A stretch of DNA of 64,000 nt from a phage. This document shows positions 19,571-29,460 of this stretch, in pieces. Under the pieces are notes generated by a model. That model was not told the origin of the DNA. It saw only the letters and a list, made by a program, of their open reading frames with translations, and ran no database searches. The first letter of the stretch is position 1. Each line of letters begins with the position of its first letter. The stretch lies in sequence record PZ445517.1. One strand, 5' to 3'. Both the position numbers and the translations under genes were made by a program.

Positions 19571-20317
19571 TTATCCTCGGATAAGTTTAAAAATTGAACA
19601 ATTTAGCGGGTATCCTCTTTTCAGTTTAAGTTTATCAATAAAAGACAAGTTTTGATACCGCTCTACACCTTGAATAATTTTATCACACATATCATATTGC
19701 ATTTCTGCTTCTGACAACTTTTTCACGGTTTTCCAATCCGAGCCTTTAAGAAGAACGTTCAATTTAACAACTTCAGCGCCTTCTGCTATACGAGAACCAT
19801 CAATACGAGCTTTAAGTGCTATAATCGTTAGCTTAACGTCAGAGGTTTGTTTTGATTTAGAAAGCTGAGAAATGTGCTCAATTCGGTTTTCGCGTTTTTT
19901 CTGTATAGCTTTAATTTGATTATAAGTCTTTTTGATTTTAGCCCATTTCTTTTCATCTAAATTTAGTTTATGAACTTTTTTCGCAGATGAACGACCAATT
20001 CGCAAAGCAAATAAATCACGCTTTTCAATCAACTCTTCTAAAGTATAATCAGAACGAAATGTATTATACTTTTTCTTTACTGCAATAACATTCCCTTTAA
20101 TGTATCCAACGTTATTGTCAAAACGTTCTAATGATAATTTCTCTCCTTCAATACGATTATCAAAAGGTTCTCCCGAGTAAGCGCAAACTTTCTGATCTAA
20201 AATGTTCTTAATGTAATTGAAGTCTAAGTTAAAATCTTTAGAACGTCTTTTAGCAGATGCCTGAGTATGCTCTAAACGACGCGTAATTTTACGAATTTGA
20301 TTTTTAGACAGTTTCAT
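19571..20317 (-). CDS. srd: Srd-like protein (sigma-related; position of T4 srd)
   Basis: 248 aa basic protein between dda and modA; synteny and length only. Confidence 0.4.
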   Translation of the reverse strand: MKLSKNQIRKITRRLEHTQASAKRRSKDFNLDFNYIKNILDQKVCAYSGEPFDNRIEGEKLSLERFDNNVGYIKGNVIAVKKKYNTFRSDYTLEELIEKRDLFALRIGRSSAKKVHKLNLDEKKWAKIKKTYNQIKAIQKKRENRIEHISQLSKSKQTSDVKLTIIALKARIDGSRIAEGAEVVKLNVLLKGSDWKTVKKLSEAEMQYDMCDKIIQGVERYQNLSFIDKLKLKRGYPLNCSIFKLIRG

Positions 20318-20346
20318 ATTTTTCTCACGGACGGTTAACTACTTAT

Positions 20347-20376
20347 ACTATATCATTTTTACTTCAGCTTGTAAAC
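20347..20376 (-). promoter_or_regulatory. T4-type early promoter
   Basis: GTTTAC (20371-20376 rc), 18 nt, TATAGT. Confidence 0.55.
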
Positions 20377-20432
20377 AACTTTATGAAAAATGCTTTAAAA
20401 CTTTCATGGTATAATGAATCTAAGTCCTTCCA

Positions 20433-21035
20433 TTATAGATTAAATCCTTCAAAGTCAAGAGTATAGATAGTGTATGTTGAATACTTTTTATACTCATATC
20501 TATCCGCAATTCTAAATACACTTCCAGCTGGTATCATTACTTCTTGTTCATCTGAAACTAATTCCATATTACGATAGCGATGGCTATCTGGAAACTTAAA
20601 ACTTGGACTATATTCTTTACAACGTAGAGCTTTTATAGCATACTCCTGGAAATTAAATACCATAGGAGCTTTGAATTCAAAAATAACTTGTGTATTGTAT
20701 TCTAATCCAGAAGCAAAATGTAGAGCTATATTTTTATCATATGAAGCTGATACTACTTTATCAAATGTAATAATATCAATTCCTTGATTTAATACCTGCT
20801 TAGTCTCAACTGGAACACCTCTCCAAAGAGGTTTATCGTTTGGTTCCAAACGAGATTTGATTATTTCATTTAACCAAGAATGATCGTCTGGCTTATTAGT
20901 AATACAATGAATTAAAAGTTCAATTTCGGATAAATTAAATCCTTCAGAAAGTAATTCTTCACGAATAGAAGCACGCACCGATGCATCCATTGATTTGATT
21001 TTAAAATCTTTTAATTGCATTGCTGAATATTTCAT
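20433..21035 (-). CDS. modA: ADP-ribosyltransferase ModA-like
   Basis: 200 aa (T4 ModA 200 aa); R-S-E ADP-ribosyltransferase signature: LWRG, SASY, EQEVMIP. Confidence 0.65.
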   Translation of the reverse strand: MKYSAMQLKDFKIKSMDASVRASIREELLSEGFNLSEIELLIHCITNKPDDHSWLNEIIKSRLEPNDKPLWRGVPVETKQVLNQGIDIITFDKVVSASYDKNIALHFASGLEYNTQVIFEFKAPMVFNFQEYAIKALRCKEYSPSFKFPDSHRYRNMELVSDEQEVMIPAGSVFRIADRYEYKKYSTYTIYTLDFEGFNL

Positions 21036-21655
21036 TCAACTACCTCAATATCATACACTTTAAATGTTCCAAATGAATCGTGTAATTTTTCTTTTGAAAT
21101 AGAAGTTATTTTATACTTTCCAATTGGAATCATCCATTCTTGTTCACGCACAATCATCATTAAGTTATCAGTACGTTCTGAATCTAATCCATCAGTATCT
21201 TCATATGTATACTTAAACTCAGTATTAGGAGAAGAAAGTATAATATCGCTGATATGGTCAGAATAATTAAAAGCTTTATCAGTTTTTAAGCGAAATATTA
21301 TTTCAGTGAAATACTCAACATAAGAAAAACCGCACGCTGTGTGCAAACTAGTAGTAAATGAATCTACTCTGTTCGTTGAAAACACTTCTCCGACTTGTAA
21401 ATCTTTAATGAGTTCTTTTGTCGATTTTGATATACCACGATATAGCTGATAAGGTGATTTAGTTAAATGCTTTTTAACGATTTTATTCAACTGCCGATGA
21501 AGAGCTTCATTCTTTTTAGCTTCCATACATTGCCAAAGAACTGATTGTTCAAAGTCAGTAAATTTTTCACAGACCTTTTTATACATATCATATTGAAAAT
21601 CAACACTTTCAGCTTTTATAGATAACTGTTCAACATCTGCAAGATTAATAATCAT
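21032..21655 (-). CDS. modB: ADP-ribosyltransferase ModB-like
   Basis: 207 aa from the second ATG (GGAGG upstream), matching T4 ModB length; LYRG, FSTN, EQEWMIP motifs. Confidence 0.65.
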   Translation of the reverse strand: MIINLADVEQLSIKAESVDFQYDMYKKVCEKFTDFEQSVLWQCMEAKKNEALHRQLNKIVKKHLTKSPYQLYRGISKSTKELIKDLQVGEVFSTNRVDSFTTSLHTACGFSYVEYFTEIIFRLKTDKAFNYSDHISDIILSSPNTEFKYTYEDTDGLDSERTDNLMMIVREQEWMIPIGKYKITSISKEKLHDSFGTFKVYDIEVVE

Positions 21656-21681
21656 GATAGCCTCCATATACTTCAGAAGCT

Positions 21682-21711
21682 ATCATATCATTGTTAGGAA
21701 GGAAAGTAAAC
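21682..21711 (-). promoter_or_regulatory. T4-type early promoter
   Basis: GTTTAC (21706-21711 rc), 18 nt, TATGAT. Confidence 0.45.
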
Positions 21712-21722
21712 AACTTTTTGAA

Positions 21723-21905
21723 TTATTTTGCCCAGGGAGCCCAGGGCGGAGGGTCAAGATGGTATGAAGCTAGTTCTTCTAGAAGAGCATCTGGGGCTTC
21801 AATTCCATAATTCTGTAATACTATACGGTACTCTTTCTTATAATCACTAGAATCATTCTGGATATTCGTAGAATGATTATCTTCTAACATCTCAAATAAA
21901 TCCAT
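21723..21905 (-). CDS. hypothetical protein, 60 aa
   Basis: ORF. Confidence 0.3.
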   Translation of the reverse strand: MDLFEMLEDNHSTNIQNDSSDYKKEYRIVLQNYGIEAPDALLEELASYHLDPPPWAPWAK

Positions 21906-21913
21906 ATTAATTC

Positions 21914-22396
21914 CTAGCGATAAAAACCAAAATAACGATTAGCTTCAATAATTTTTCTTTCTTCTTCGGACATTCTCCAGCGTAGTCCAACATCAAAATG
22001 AGCCCAGACCATCTTAACAAATGCATTTATATCTTTAATATCTTCAATAATGAATGTTTTACTTTTAGAAGGTTGACCTGCTAAATTAAGTGCTAATTTA
22101 ACGTTATCATCTTCAAACAGGTCAAAAAGACCATATTCATGAGCTCTTTTATAGCCTTTGATAGTTAAAGCTTCAGAAGAAGAAAACGGTGAATCAGTAT
22201 TCTGCAAAATATCTTCAGTATGCTTTATAATTAGAATAACATTTTCTGGATATTTTCTTTCTTTTATATCTTTAATTAAAAGATCCGGATTTTCTGCTAA
22301 AGGAATAATTAATGAGCACTTTTTATCAAGTGTATTTACTGATTTACCTTCTTTAGACATAAATTCTATTGAATATAGTTTTGCTACTTCAATCAT
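21914..22396 (-). CDS. hypothetical protein, 160 aa
   Basis: ORF in array. Confidence 0.4.
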   Translation of the reverse strand: MIEVAKLYSIEFMSKEGKSVNTLDKKCSLIIPLAENPDLLIKDIKERKYPENVILIIKHTEDILQNTDSPFSSSEALTIKGYKRAHEYGLFDLFEDDNVKLALNLAGQPSKSKTFIIEDIKDINAFVKMVWAHFDVGLRWRMSEEERKIIEANRYFGFYR

Positions 22397-22549
22397 GTGA
22401 TTTCCTTTTGCCTACTAATGGACCGTCAGGAATTTTGTTTTCCTGGATATATTTCTCATTTTCTTCCATCATTTTACTACCGATTTTAAGAAGCAAATCC
22501 AACGCTTCATTTGCTTTAGCCTTGGCCTCTTCTAACGTCATATTTTTGT

Positions 22550-22753
22550 TCACGATTTATCCCCATAGATGTCTCTCATCAATTTAAGCGCTGAGCGTTC
22601 TAATTTCTTTTCTTTCTCAGCACTAATCATTGATTTCATCCATTCTTCTGATTCATTCTGCATTTCTTTATTTGCTTGTTCAACCCAACCATCATCAATA
22701 TACATTGAGTTTGGTCTACTGAACCATTCAAACATTTTCTTCAGAACTTTCAT
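22550..22753 (-). CDS. hypothetical protein, 67 aa
   Basis: ORF. Confidence 0.3.
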   Translation of the reverse strand: MKVLKKMFEWFSRPNSMYIDDGWVEQANKEMQNESEEWMKSMISAEKEKKLERSALKLMRDIYGDKS

Positions 22754-23246
22754 TTGTTTTACCTAAAACAACAGTAGGAGCATCGTCAAATTCATGAATT
22801 TTTAGCAAATTTGGATGTAAACTATTCCATACAGAAGAAATAAAATATGATAAAGCATCTTCACTCGCAATTATAAATTTGTTTTCTTTATCTATTTTCC
22901 AGTTATATACTGAATCGTACGAATAAAAAGATAAGGGTTTATCATTATATTGTTCTGCGCTAACATTAATGTATTCGGATTTAGTAAATGCTTCAATTGC
23001 TCTAAATGGAATATTTGGCACAGTTTCAATGATACCAATCTTTTTAAGCTTTATTTCAACATCTTCTGGAACTGGCATTGAAACGAAATTTTCTACGAGA
23101 TACATTGGGTCACAATAACCCTTATCAATCATTACTGCTACGGTAATTGGAACGTCTTTAGCAAACGCCATGCTATCGCTATTAATATACATTTCAAACA
23201 AAATCGCTTCCATAATTTTCCTCAATCGCAAGATGTAGATGAACAA
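22728..23246 (-). CDS. hypothetical protein, 172 aa
   Basis: ORF in array. Confidence 0.4.
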   Translation of the reverse strand: MFIYILRLRKIMEAILFEMYINSDSMAFAKDVPITVAVMIDKGYCDPMYLVENFVSMPVPEDVEIKLKKIGIIETVPNIPFRAIEAFTKSEYINVSAEQYNDKPLSFYSYDSVYNWKIDKENKFIIASEDALSYFISSVWNSLHPNLLKIHEFDDAPTVVLGKTNESSEENV

Positions 23247-23563
23247 CTAGAATCACAAGAACTTCCACATGAATCGCCCGTCCATACATGAACAGGAACA
23301 TTAGTGTCATATGAATCAGAACTAGACTGTGTATTCTGTGTGTTAGATGATGTAGTAGGTGTTGACCAGCGCCAAGGATTTTTATAATATTCCTGGGCTT
23401 CTTCATAAGTCATAGTAACTGCTTCTACTGTTCCATCTCCCATATAAACATATTCAACTACAGTTAAAGGAAGGTAGTCATTTGAAATAGGAACTACACC
23501 TTCTCCGGGAGTTGTAGAGAAAAAATCCGTAAAGAAATTTTTAAACCAATTAAAGATAAACAT
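23222..23563 (-). CDS. hypothetical protein, 113 aa, with Cys/Ser-rich C-terminal tail
   Basis: C-terminus ...[20 protein letters not shown]. Confidence 0.4.
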   Translation of the reverse strand: MFIFNWFKNFFTDFFSTTPGEGVVPISNDYLPLTVVEYVYMGDGTVEAVTMTYEEAQEYYKNPWRWSTPTTSSNTQNTQSSSDSYDTNVPVHVWTGDSCGSSCDSSCSSTSCD

Positions 23564-23769
23564 TACAAAAAGCCTCTCTTGAATTCAACTTGCTTCTCGC
23601 CATAATCATATCGAATCTCTGCATTAAATTCGACAGAACCATCTGCGTACATCATAAATGAATGCACAACAACTTCTGTAGACCATGGCTGTAGTTCATA
23701 TTTCTTCATTACATGTCGTGAAATGATAATATCTAAATCTTCATTTGGTTTAATCCAGCGATTTAACAT
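23563..23769 (-). CDS. hypothetical protein, 68 aa
   Basis: ORF directly downstream of an early promoter, AGGAG upstream. Confidence 0.4.
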   Translation of the reverse strand: MLNRWIKPNEDLDIIISRHVMKKYELQPWSTEVVVHSFMMYADGSVEFNAEIRYDYGEKQVEFKRGFL

Positions 23770-23795
23770 AGTGCTCTCCTCTATAAGATAATTCT

Positions 23796-23825
23796 ATTAT
23801 ACCATACTCATTTTGGAAAGTAAAC
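23796..23825 (-). promoter_or_regulatory. T4-type early promoter
   Basis: GTTTAC (23820-23825 rc), 18 nt, TGGTATAAT. Confidence 0.6.
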
Positions 23826-23840
23826 TGTTTAAATGAAAAA

Positions 23841-23860
23841 AGGACTCCCGAAGGAGTCCT
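23841..23860 (-). terminator. intrinsic terminator downstream of soc
   Basis: aggactcc-cgaa-ggagtcct; minus strand hairpin followed by TTTTTTCATTT. Confidence 0.65.
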
Positions 23861-23866
23861 TGAATT

Positions 23867-24112
23867 TTAACCGCCAGTTACTTTCCACAAATCTTCGTTT
23901 GCAGCAATCCATTCAGTACGTTGATTTTCTTCATATACAGTAGTATATGCTGCTTTTTCTGAAGGGAATGTCTGGTAATGAGCGCCAGAAATTTTGTGAA
24001 CGTCAGAATAAAGAGGGAAAGCTACAGAAATTTCCTTTCCTTCAATTTTCTTATTTCCATCTAATTTCTGCTCAAACGTTTTGATATTAACATAACCGCG
24101 AGTACTAGCCAT
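23867..24112 (-). CDS. soc: small outer capsid protein Soc
   Basis: 81-codon ORF, MASTRGYVNIKTFEQKLDGNKKIEGKEISVAFPLYSDVHKISGAHYQTFPSEK... matches T4 Soc as recalled. Confidence 0.9.
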   Translation of the reverse strand: MASTRGYVNIKTFEQKLDGNKKIEGKEISVAFPLYSDVHKISGAHYQTFPSEKAAYTTVYEENQRTEWIAANEDLWKVTGG

Positions 24113-24142
24113 GTAATTCTCCTTTTATTTAAATTACATGAT

Positions 24143-24150
24143 TATTTATA
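24143..24150 (-). promoter_or_regulatory. T4 late promoter (TATAAATA) for soc
   Basis: plus-strand tatttata is TATAAATA on the minus strand, about 30 nt upstream of the soc ATG. Confidence 0.55.
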
Positions 24151-24194
24151 ATAATTCTCGCGGCTTTTAAGTCGTCGTTTAAATAAACGCGCTA

Positions 24195-24713
24195 TTAATA
24201 ACCTCGGTCTTGACGAGCGAAGTTTTCAGCATTTTTCAGATAATAAAGTTTAAAGATTTCTTCAGCCGTAAGACCGAGACCTTGGAACATGTTCAGAACG
24301 AAATGAAGAATATCAATCATTTCAAATTTAATTTCCAACTGGTCTTGTGGAGACAAATCAGTAATTAGAGTTTCACGACGTTCACCATGTTGAGCTTTCC
24401 AAGGCTTCCATACAGCAGATGCATCTTTTTCGCCATTGCTCATACCGCCAAGAGAAGTCAGAAGTTCACGGAATTCATCGTCAATATAATCTTTCTGATT
24501 ACGCAGCCAATCAACAACTTCACCAGCAGTAGCCAAATCATCAGGATGACGGTTATATTCAGGTTTATCTTTAGCTAAACGAACTTGCAGAGATTTCTGC
24601 ATATCAAGCATAACTTGCAGTGGGTCTTTTTCATCACCGAGAATATCCCAGTATTCATTTTGAGCTTTATCGGCGCCTTCGATCAGTTGCGAACATTCAT
24701 TAAAGTATGCCAT
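24195..24713 (-). CDS. 56: dCTP pyrophosphatase (gp56, MazG-like)
   Basis: start placed at internal ATG (MAYFNECSQLIEG...) giving about 172 aa (T4 gp56 171 aa); track ORF extends further upstream. Confidence 0.75.
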   Translation of the reverse strand: MAYFNECSQLIEGADKAQNEYWDILGDEKDPLQVMLDMQKSLQVRLAKDKPEYNRHPDDLATAGEVVDWLRNQKDYIDDEFRELLTSLGGMSNGEKDASAVWKPWKAQHGERRETLITDLSPQDQLEIKFEMIDILHFVLNMFQGLGLTAEEIFKLYYLKNAENFARQDRGY

Positions 24714-24980
24714 TATTTTTCCTTTCAATTCATGGATTAGTAGATTAATTATACAATAAATATATAAAGCAATAAGGAGGACATATGGTACAAAAATTAA
24801 TGGCACTTGTTAATGCCATCAAAGGTAATAAAAACGTATAGCTTTTACTATTTCTGCTATGATAGGAATTTTACTTTGGAATTTTGTTTTATCGCCAGTT
24901 GCTATTGCTCATGGCGTTAGTATTCCAGTAATTACTCTTGATACATTCGTAGATTTAGCATTTGCTTTAGTTGGGTTAAT

Positions 24981-26009
24981 TTAAATCTTAGCATATTTAG
25001 ATAACCGCATTTTAGCCATCAACCCCTGGGCAATATTATTTTTCATATATTCCATAATTTGTTCAGGGGTTGCACCTTCCTTTCTAATCATATCATTAAC
25101 ATCTTTTGATTTCCAGGGAGATTTATCCCAAAACATAACCCTTTCTCCTGCATCAACTAATTTAGTCATTCGTTTGATAGTGTCAGGGTGACGAGGTTCA
25201 TTATCTAAAACCCACACTCGTCTATCTTTAAATGGAACAACTTCTAGGTCTAATTGACCACCTGTAATAGCTATACCATTTTCAATAAAAAGTGAATCGA
25301 TGGGTCCTTCTAGAACATATACATCACCATCTTTAACTCGTTCAACACCGTAAATTTTTGTTGCTTCAGGATAAGCTTTGATGGTGATATATTTTTGGGG
25401 AGCATCTTTCTTTAATGCACGTCCTTGAAAAGACTCAGCTTTTCCATTAGCATTATAAATTGGAATAACAAGACGAGGCTCAGGTATTTCTTTTTTATAT
25501 GTTCCTGGTGCTATACTATTAACTAATTTAGGCCATTCAGTTGTAAACCAAAGATATTTCCATTTATCCTTTGGAATACAACGAGCTTTTACGTATTTTA
25601 TAATTGGATGGTCTTCCGCCAGTTTATCTAATCTAATGCATGACGGAAGAGATTTAATTATTTTCTTCTCGGATTGTTTAGGAAGTTCTTTAGGTTTTTC
25701 TACTGGACGACTTTTACCTTTTTCTTTTCTTATTTCAAAGATATACTCACGATATAAATCAGGTTCAAACTCCTTTAAATATATTCCGATTGGTGCATGA
25801 TAGTTACAGTTATAACAATGAATATTTCCTTCATTATTATCACCGTAATACCATCCACGGGCTTTATTTTGGTCGGTTTTTGAATCTCCACAAACAGGAC
25901 ATCTAAACCGTAATTTAAAAGTTGAACTATTATTTACTTGTGTGAATTTAGGTAAATGAGCTAATGCACGGTATGCAAACTCATTATCAATCCAAGGTAT
26001 TGATGACAT
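24981..26009 (-). CDS. 61: DNA primase gp61
   Basis: 342 aa, same length as T4 gp61; N-terminal zinc ribbon CPVCGDS...CYNC plus TOPRIM-like region. Confidence 0.9.
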   Translation of the reverse strand: MSSIPWIDNEFAYRALAHLPKFTQVNNSSTFKLRFRCPVCGDSKTDQNKARGWYYGDNNEGNIHCYNCNYHAPIGIYLKEFEPDLYREYIFEIRKEKGKSRPVEKPKELPKQSEKKIIKSLPSCIRLDKLAEDHPIIKYVKARCIPKDKWKYLWFTTEWPKLVNSIAPGTYKKEIPEPRLVIPIYNANGKAESFQGRALKKDAPQKYITIKAYPEATKIYGVERVKDGDVYVLEGPIDSLFIENGIAITGGQLDLEVVPFKDRRVWVLDNEPRHPDTIKRMTKLVDAGERVMFWDKSPWKSKDVNDMIRKEGATPEQIMEYMKNNIAQGLMAKMRLSKYAKI

Positions 26010-26177
26010 TTTTACTCTTCTTTTTCTTTAGATTCCTCTTTTTTCTTTTTAGGAATCTGTTCAGGACCTTTATTTACTACAGCACCTGACGTTGTTCCAG
26101 TAGAGATATTTTCAGGATTACCACCTGAATCTCCAGCAACCATATCTTCTTTGATAAATTCTTTATATGTTTTCATA

Positions 26178-26804
26178 TTAACCTCTATTCATAAAAGCAT
26201 TAAAAATTTGGTCATCAATAGAAACATTCACTTTAGACTGTTTTTCTGATGGTAATTCATATCCACATATTACAATTTTATGATCAATATCAAAATACAC
26301 AGAAGCGATATGATTAATGATGTTTTCAGTAAAGTCTAAATCAACATCAATATCTTTTTGACCACAACCCAAAGGATAAATAATGCGAGTAATTCGATTA
26401 TCTTTAACAAAGATTCCACCGACATACTCTGTGCTGCGTTTAAAGTCTACACGCCGACGAAATGAAAAATATTCAGGCTCTTTATGAGCTCGGCTCATAG
26501 GACACAACGAGTAACTAGAATAAGAGATGTCAAATCCTACGCCTTCGATATGAGCCAAAGTGTCATGATTAAACCAATTATAATCGTACGCCAAATCCAT
26601 TAGATTATAATATGTAAAAGGCATCGGATTAACATCATTGGTCACAAGCATGTAATTAGCAACTGCTATAATTTCATTATTTTTAACAAATACAAATCTT
26701 GATTGATGCGAATGACCTGGACCCGCGTTTTCACGATTAATGATATAACACTGGGCACCTTTGTATTTGTACGTGTCTTTGCACTTGTGCATTTGATAAA
26801 GCAT
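26178..26804 (-). CDS. hypothetical protein, 208 aa (61.1/61.2 position)
   Basis: ORF between primase and sp. Confidence 0.45.
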   Translation of the reverse strand: MLYQMHKCKDTYKYKGAQCYIINRENAGPGHSHQSRFVFVKNNEIIAVANYMLVTNDVNPMPFTYYNLMDLAYDYNWFNHDTLAHIEGVGFDISYSSYSLCPMSRAHKEPEYFSFRRRVDFKRSTEYVGGIFVKDNRITRIIYPLGCGQKDIDVDLDFTENIINHIASVYFDIDHKIVICGYELPSEKQSKVNVSIDDQIFNAFMNRG

Positions 26805-27097
26805 TATTCACCTACCACTTCAGCGATGATATTTTTATTATTGAAGTTTTTATCGCAATACAGAACGTAATTATACTGCATTACACCACCAGACTTAAGC
26901 TGTTTTTGTACTTCAGCTTTCATTTCAGGGCGATCGCGCTCAACGATATTCATAATATCTGCTTCAATCTGAGTTTCAACCTCAGTCTGATCTGCAGTCA
27001 TAGACCATTCGCACAAATCTTTATCATAACCTGCCATAGCAGGCTGAGCAGCACAAGAAGCTAAAGCAAAAATTGCAGCAAAAACAAATTTTTTCAT
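26804..27097 (-). CDS. sp: Spackle periplasmic protein (superinfection exclusion / lysozyme inhibitor)
   Basis: 97 aa with signal peptide MKKFVFAAIFALASCAAQPAMA; same length as T4 Sp precursor. Confidence 0.75.
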   Translation of the reverse strand: MKKFVFAAIFALASCAAQPAMAGYDKDLCEWSMTADQTEVETQIEADIMNIVERDRPEMKAEVQKQLKSGGVMQYNYVLYCDKNFNNKNIIAEVVGE

Positions 27098-27157
27098 GAT
27101 AATCTCCTCAGTAGTTTATGTTTATATAGTATCTCAATTTCTAACAAAAGTAAACAC

Positions 27158-27460
27158 TTATTTTAAAACTTCTGCATAATCGCATGTTACAAACTGTTTC
27201 TCTAACTTGACGATTTTACGAAAGTATCTTTTGCATTGACGAATCTGTCGCTTCGTAGGGCGCACAGCAAACTTAATAAATTCCACTCGACCAAATGGAG
27301 GACTTTCTTCTGCTGGAATATCTAACACCAATTCCCACGTATCCGCAATAAGTGCTTTGAATTGTGTATTTTTCCTGATGTTATACGGAGTAGGTTTAAA
27401 TAAAACCGTATGCATATTACCCTCGCCAATCAGATTCAAAAACTTTCTTATCATTAACAA
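27158..27460 (-). CDS. hypothetical protein, about 85-100 aa (61.4 position)
   Basis: ORF; 5' end overlaps dmd, true start probably an internal ATG. Confidence 0.35.
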   Translation of the reverse strand: MLMIRKFLNLIGEGNMHTVLFKPTPYNIRKNTQFKALIADTWELVLDIPAEESPPFGRVEFIKFAVRPTKRQIRQCKRYFRKIVKLEKQFVTCDYAEVLK

Positions 27461-27608
27461 ATGCTTTAACTAAAGCTTTATTAACTTCAGCAAGTTGTGA
27501 AGTGACCCATAGAATTTGATCTTTATCAGACACATCCATAGTGATTTCTTTGGTAAACATATTACCATTTTCAAACCAGCCAATAAAAACAATCTTTGCT
27601 AATTCCAT
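27417..27608 (-). CDS. dmd: Dmd-like antitoxin (inhibitor of RnlA/LsoA toxins)
   Basis: 63 aa ORF immediately upstream of gene 41, the T4 dmd (61.5) position, with its own early promoter. Confidence 0.5.
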   Translation of the reverse strand: MELAKIVFIGWFENGNMFTKEITMDVSDKDQILWVTSQLAEVNKALVKAFVNDKKVFESDWRG

Positions 27609-27637
27609 AACAATCTCCCCATTTAACCAACAAGACT

Positions 27638-27667
27638 ATTATACCATAGTCTTGTCAGCTTGTAAAC
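27638..27667 (-). promoter_or_regulatory. T4-type early promoter
   Basis: GTTTAC (27662-27667 rc), 18 nt, TGGTATAAT. Confidence 0.6.
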
Positions 27668-29094
27668 TAAAATTTTAATTCGTTTGCTAAAGCATCTAAC
27701 TGGGCTCGAGTAGATTCATTTCTTTGATAGCGATTCTGCTCAGCTTGTATCTGTTGTGAACCTGCTACTTCGTTAACTTCAGTTGGAGTAGAATCTTGTT
27801 CAATTTCTACCCATTTCTGATTTCCTTTTTGAACACCCATCAAAAACTTATTCCATTTATTCTTATCACCATATCGTGATTTGATTTGCTTAATGAGTTG
27901 TTGTTCAGCAGCTGCTAACTCCTCGGTTTCAATGACCGCAAGCATAAAATCGGCTGTTGCTGGAAGACCGGCGGATTCTGCAATATCGCTCATGTTAACA
28001 TCAGAAGAATCCCAAGCTTGCTTACCAACCTGTGCTGCAGTCCAAAGAACAGTTTCGGTTTCAACAGCCAGAGCACGCAATTCCTCTGCAATAGCTTTAA
28101 CAGTTGTGTAACTATTTTCTGAGTAAACTCTGATGCGGCAAGATTTACAAATACCTAGATAATCGACAATAATGATCGTTGGAACAAAATTCTTCTTGAG
28201 CTTCAATTCGTTTAAAAGCGATCGAAATGTATTAGCGTCTGCTCCACCAGTAGGATACTGTTTAACGATTAAACGGCCGAGAGTAGATTTCTCACGCCAT
28301 TTTTCCATTTTTCCTTTATATTCAGCGTAAGAAATATGCCCATCATCAATGTCATCAAGAGAAACATCGAGCATATTAGCGTCAATACGCTTAGCACAGA
28401 CTTCTTCTGCCATTTCCATTGAAATGTAAAGAACATTATGACCGAGCTGTAAATAATCTGCTGCCAATGAACACAGACCTAATGACTTACCAACGTTAAC
28501 ACCAGCCATTAAAACGTTCAGTGTTCCAGTTTCAGCTCCGCCTTTAGTAATTTTATTTAGAATTTTGAGTTTAAATGGAACCTTACGAGCTTTATTCATA
28601 TAAGATAGCCAACGTGCTTCATAGTCATCCATCCAATCATGACCAACGTAGCTATCAAATGAAATTGATAATGCTTGGCGCATGATGTCAGGAATAGCAC
28701 CAACATCCGGCATTTTCTTATTTCGTTTTTCCGGAGGAAGTTCAGCATTAGTTTGAATTTCAATTATTTTAGACGTAGCATTAAACATCGCCCTTTGCTG
28801 AACATATTTTTCTGTTTCTTTTACTAACCAGCTGTGGTCTTCCGGAGAATCGGCTAGTTTTGAAATAAGTGTTTTTACACCAGAATATTCTGTTTCAGTA
28901 AATGAACTATTTTCTAATGCAACATTTAACGCATTAATGGATGGAACGCTATGGTACTCATTAACATGAGATTTAATTAATTTGAACGTATTTTTAGCTG
29001 GACCACTTTCAAAATATTCTGAATCCATATATGGCCAAACTTTTGAAAAATAAGCTTGATCAAATATGAGATGAGAAAGAATAATTTCTACCAC
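27667..29094 (-). CDS. 41: replicative DNA helicase gp41 (DnaB-like)
   Basis: 475 aa, same length as T4 gp41; Walker A AGVNVGKS, RecA-like core. Confidence 0.9.
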   Translation of the reverse strand: MVEIILSHLIFDQAYFSKVWPYMDSEYFESGPAKNTFKLIKSHVNEYHSVPSINALNVALENSSFTETEYSGVKTLISKLADSPEDHSWLVKETEKYVQQRAMFNATSKIIEIQTNAELPPEKRNKKMPDVGAIPDIMRQALSISFDSYVGHDWMDDYEARWLSYMNKARKVPFKLKILNKITKGGAETGTLNVLMAGVNVGKSLGLCSLAADYLQLGHNVLYISMEMAEEVCAKRIDANMLDVSLDDIDDGHISYAEYKGKMEKWREKSTLGRLIVKQYPTGGADANTFRSLLNELKLKKNFVPTIIIVDYLGICKSCRIRVYSENSYTTVKAIAEELRALAVETETVLWTAAQVGKQAWDSSDVNMSDIAESAGLPATADFMLAVIETEELAAAEQQLIKQIKSRYGDKNKWNKFLMGVQKGNQKWVEIEQDSTPTEVNEVAGSQQIQAEQNRYQRNESTRAQLDALANELKF

Positions 29095-29103
29095 ACTTAC
29101 TCC

Positions 29104-29460
29104 TTAAAAGAATTTAAATTTTTTCTTTGACCTTTTATTAAATGCATCTTGTAGTTGCATTGTAATACATTTTTCTACATGAGGAGCTAACTCAGCTTTT
29201 CTTTCTTGGTCAAGAACAGCAAAGTCCATTACGACTTTTCCATCAACCCAATCTAATTTTGTCACATACACAATGTGTGTAGAACCATCTTCTAGTTTAA
29301 TGACAATCTCCTGGATAACATTTTCCATGGCAGATTTAATTATCTTAAGGGATTCATTAAAAAGACGTTCTTTTCTTTCTTCTTCCCCCTCCGAAGAGGG
29401 GGATTCGTCGATAATTTCTAAATCTAAATCATCTTTATTCATTAAATTCTTCCATATCAC
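29104..29460 (-). CDS. 40: gp40-like head assembly protein
   Basis: 118 aa ORF between gene 41 and uvsX; synteny and length. Confidence 0.45.
   Translation of the reverse strand: MIWKNLMNKDDLDLEIIDESPSSEGEEERKERLFNESLKIIKSAMENVIQEIVIKLEDGSTHIVYVTKLDWVDGKVVMDFAVLDQERKAELAPHVEKCITMQLQDAFNKRSKKKFKFF

Noticed and set aside
23194-23406. His-rich 70-aa ORF
   Set aside because: Out-of-frame overlap with two better-supported ORFs (22728..23246, 23222..23563); no independent start signals.
24714-24980. Possible missing gene (such as dam) or small plus-strand hydrophobic ORF between genes 56 and 61
   Set aside because: Only ~270 bp, and the candidate ~43-codon plus-strand ORF overlaps the gene 61 3' end with no clear promoter; I cannot confirm from memory which T4 genes belong at this exact position, so no claim is made.
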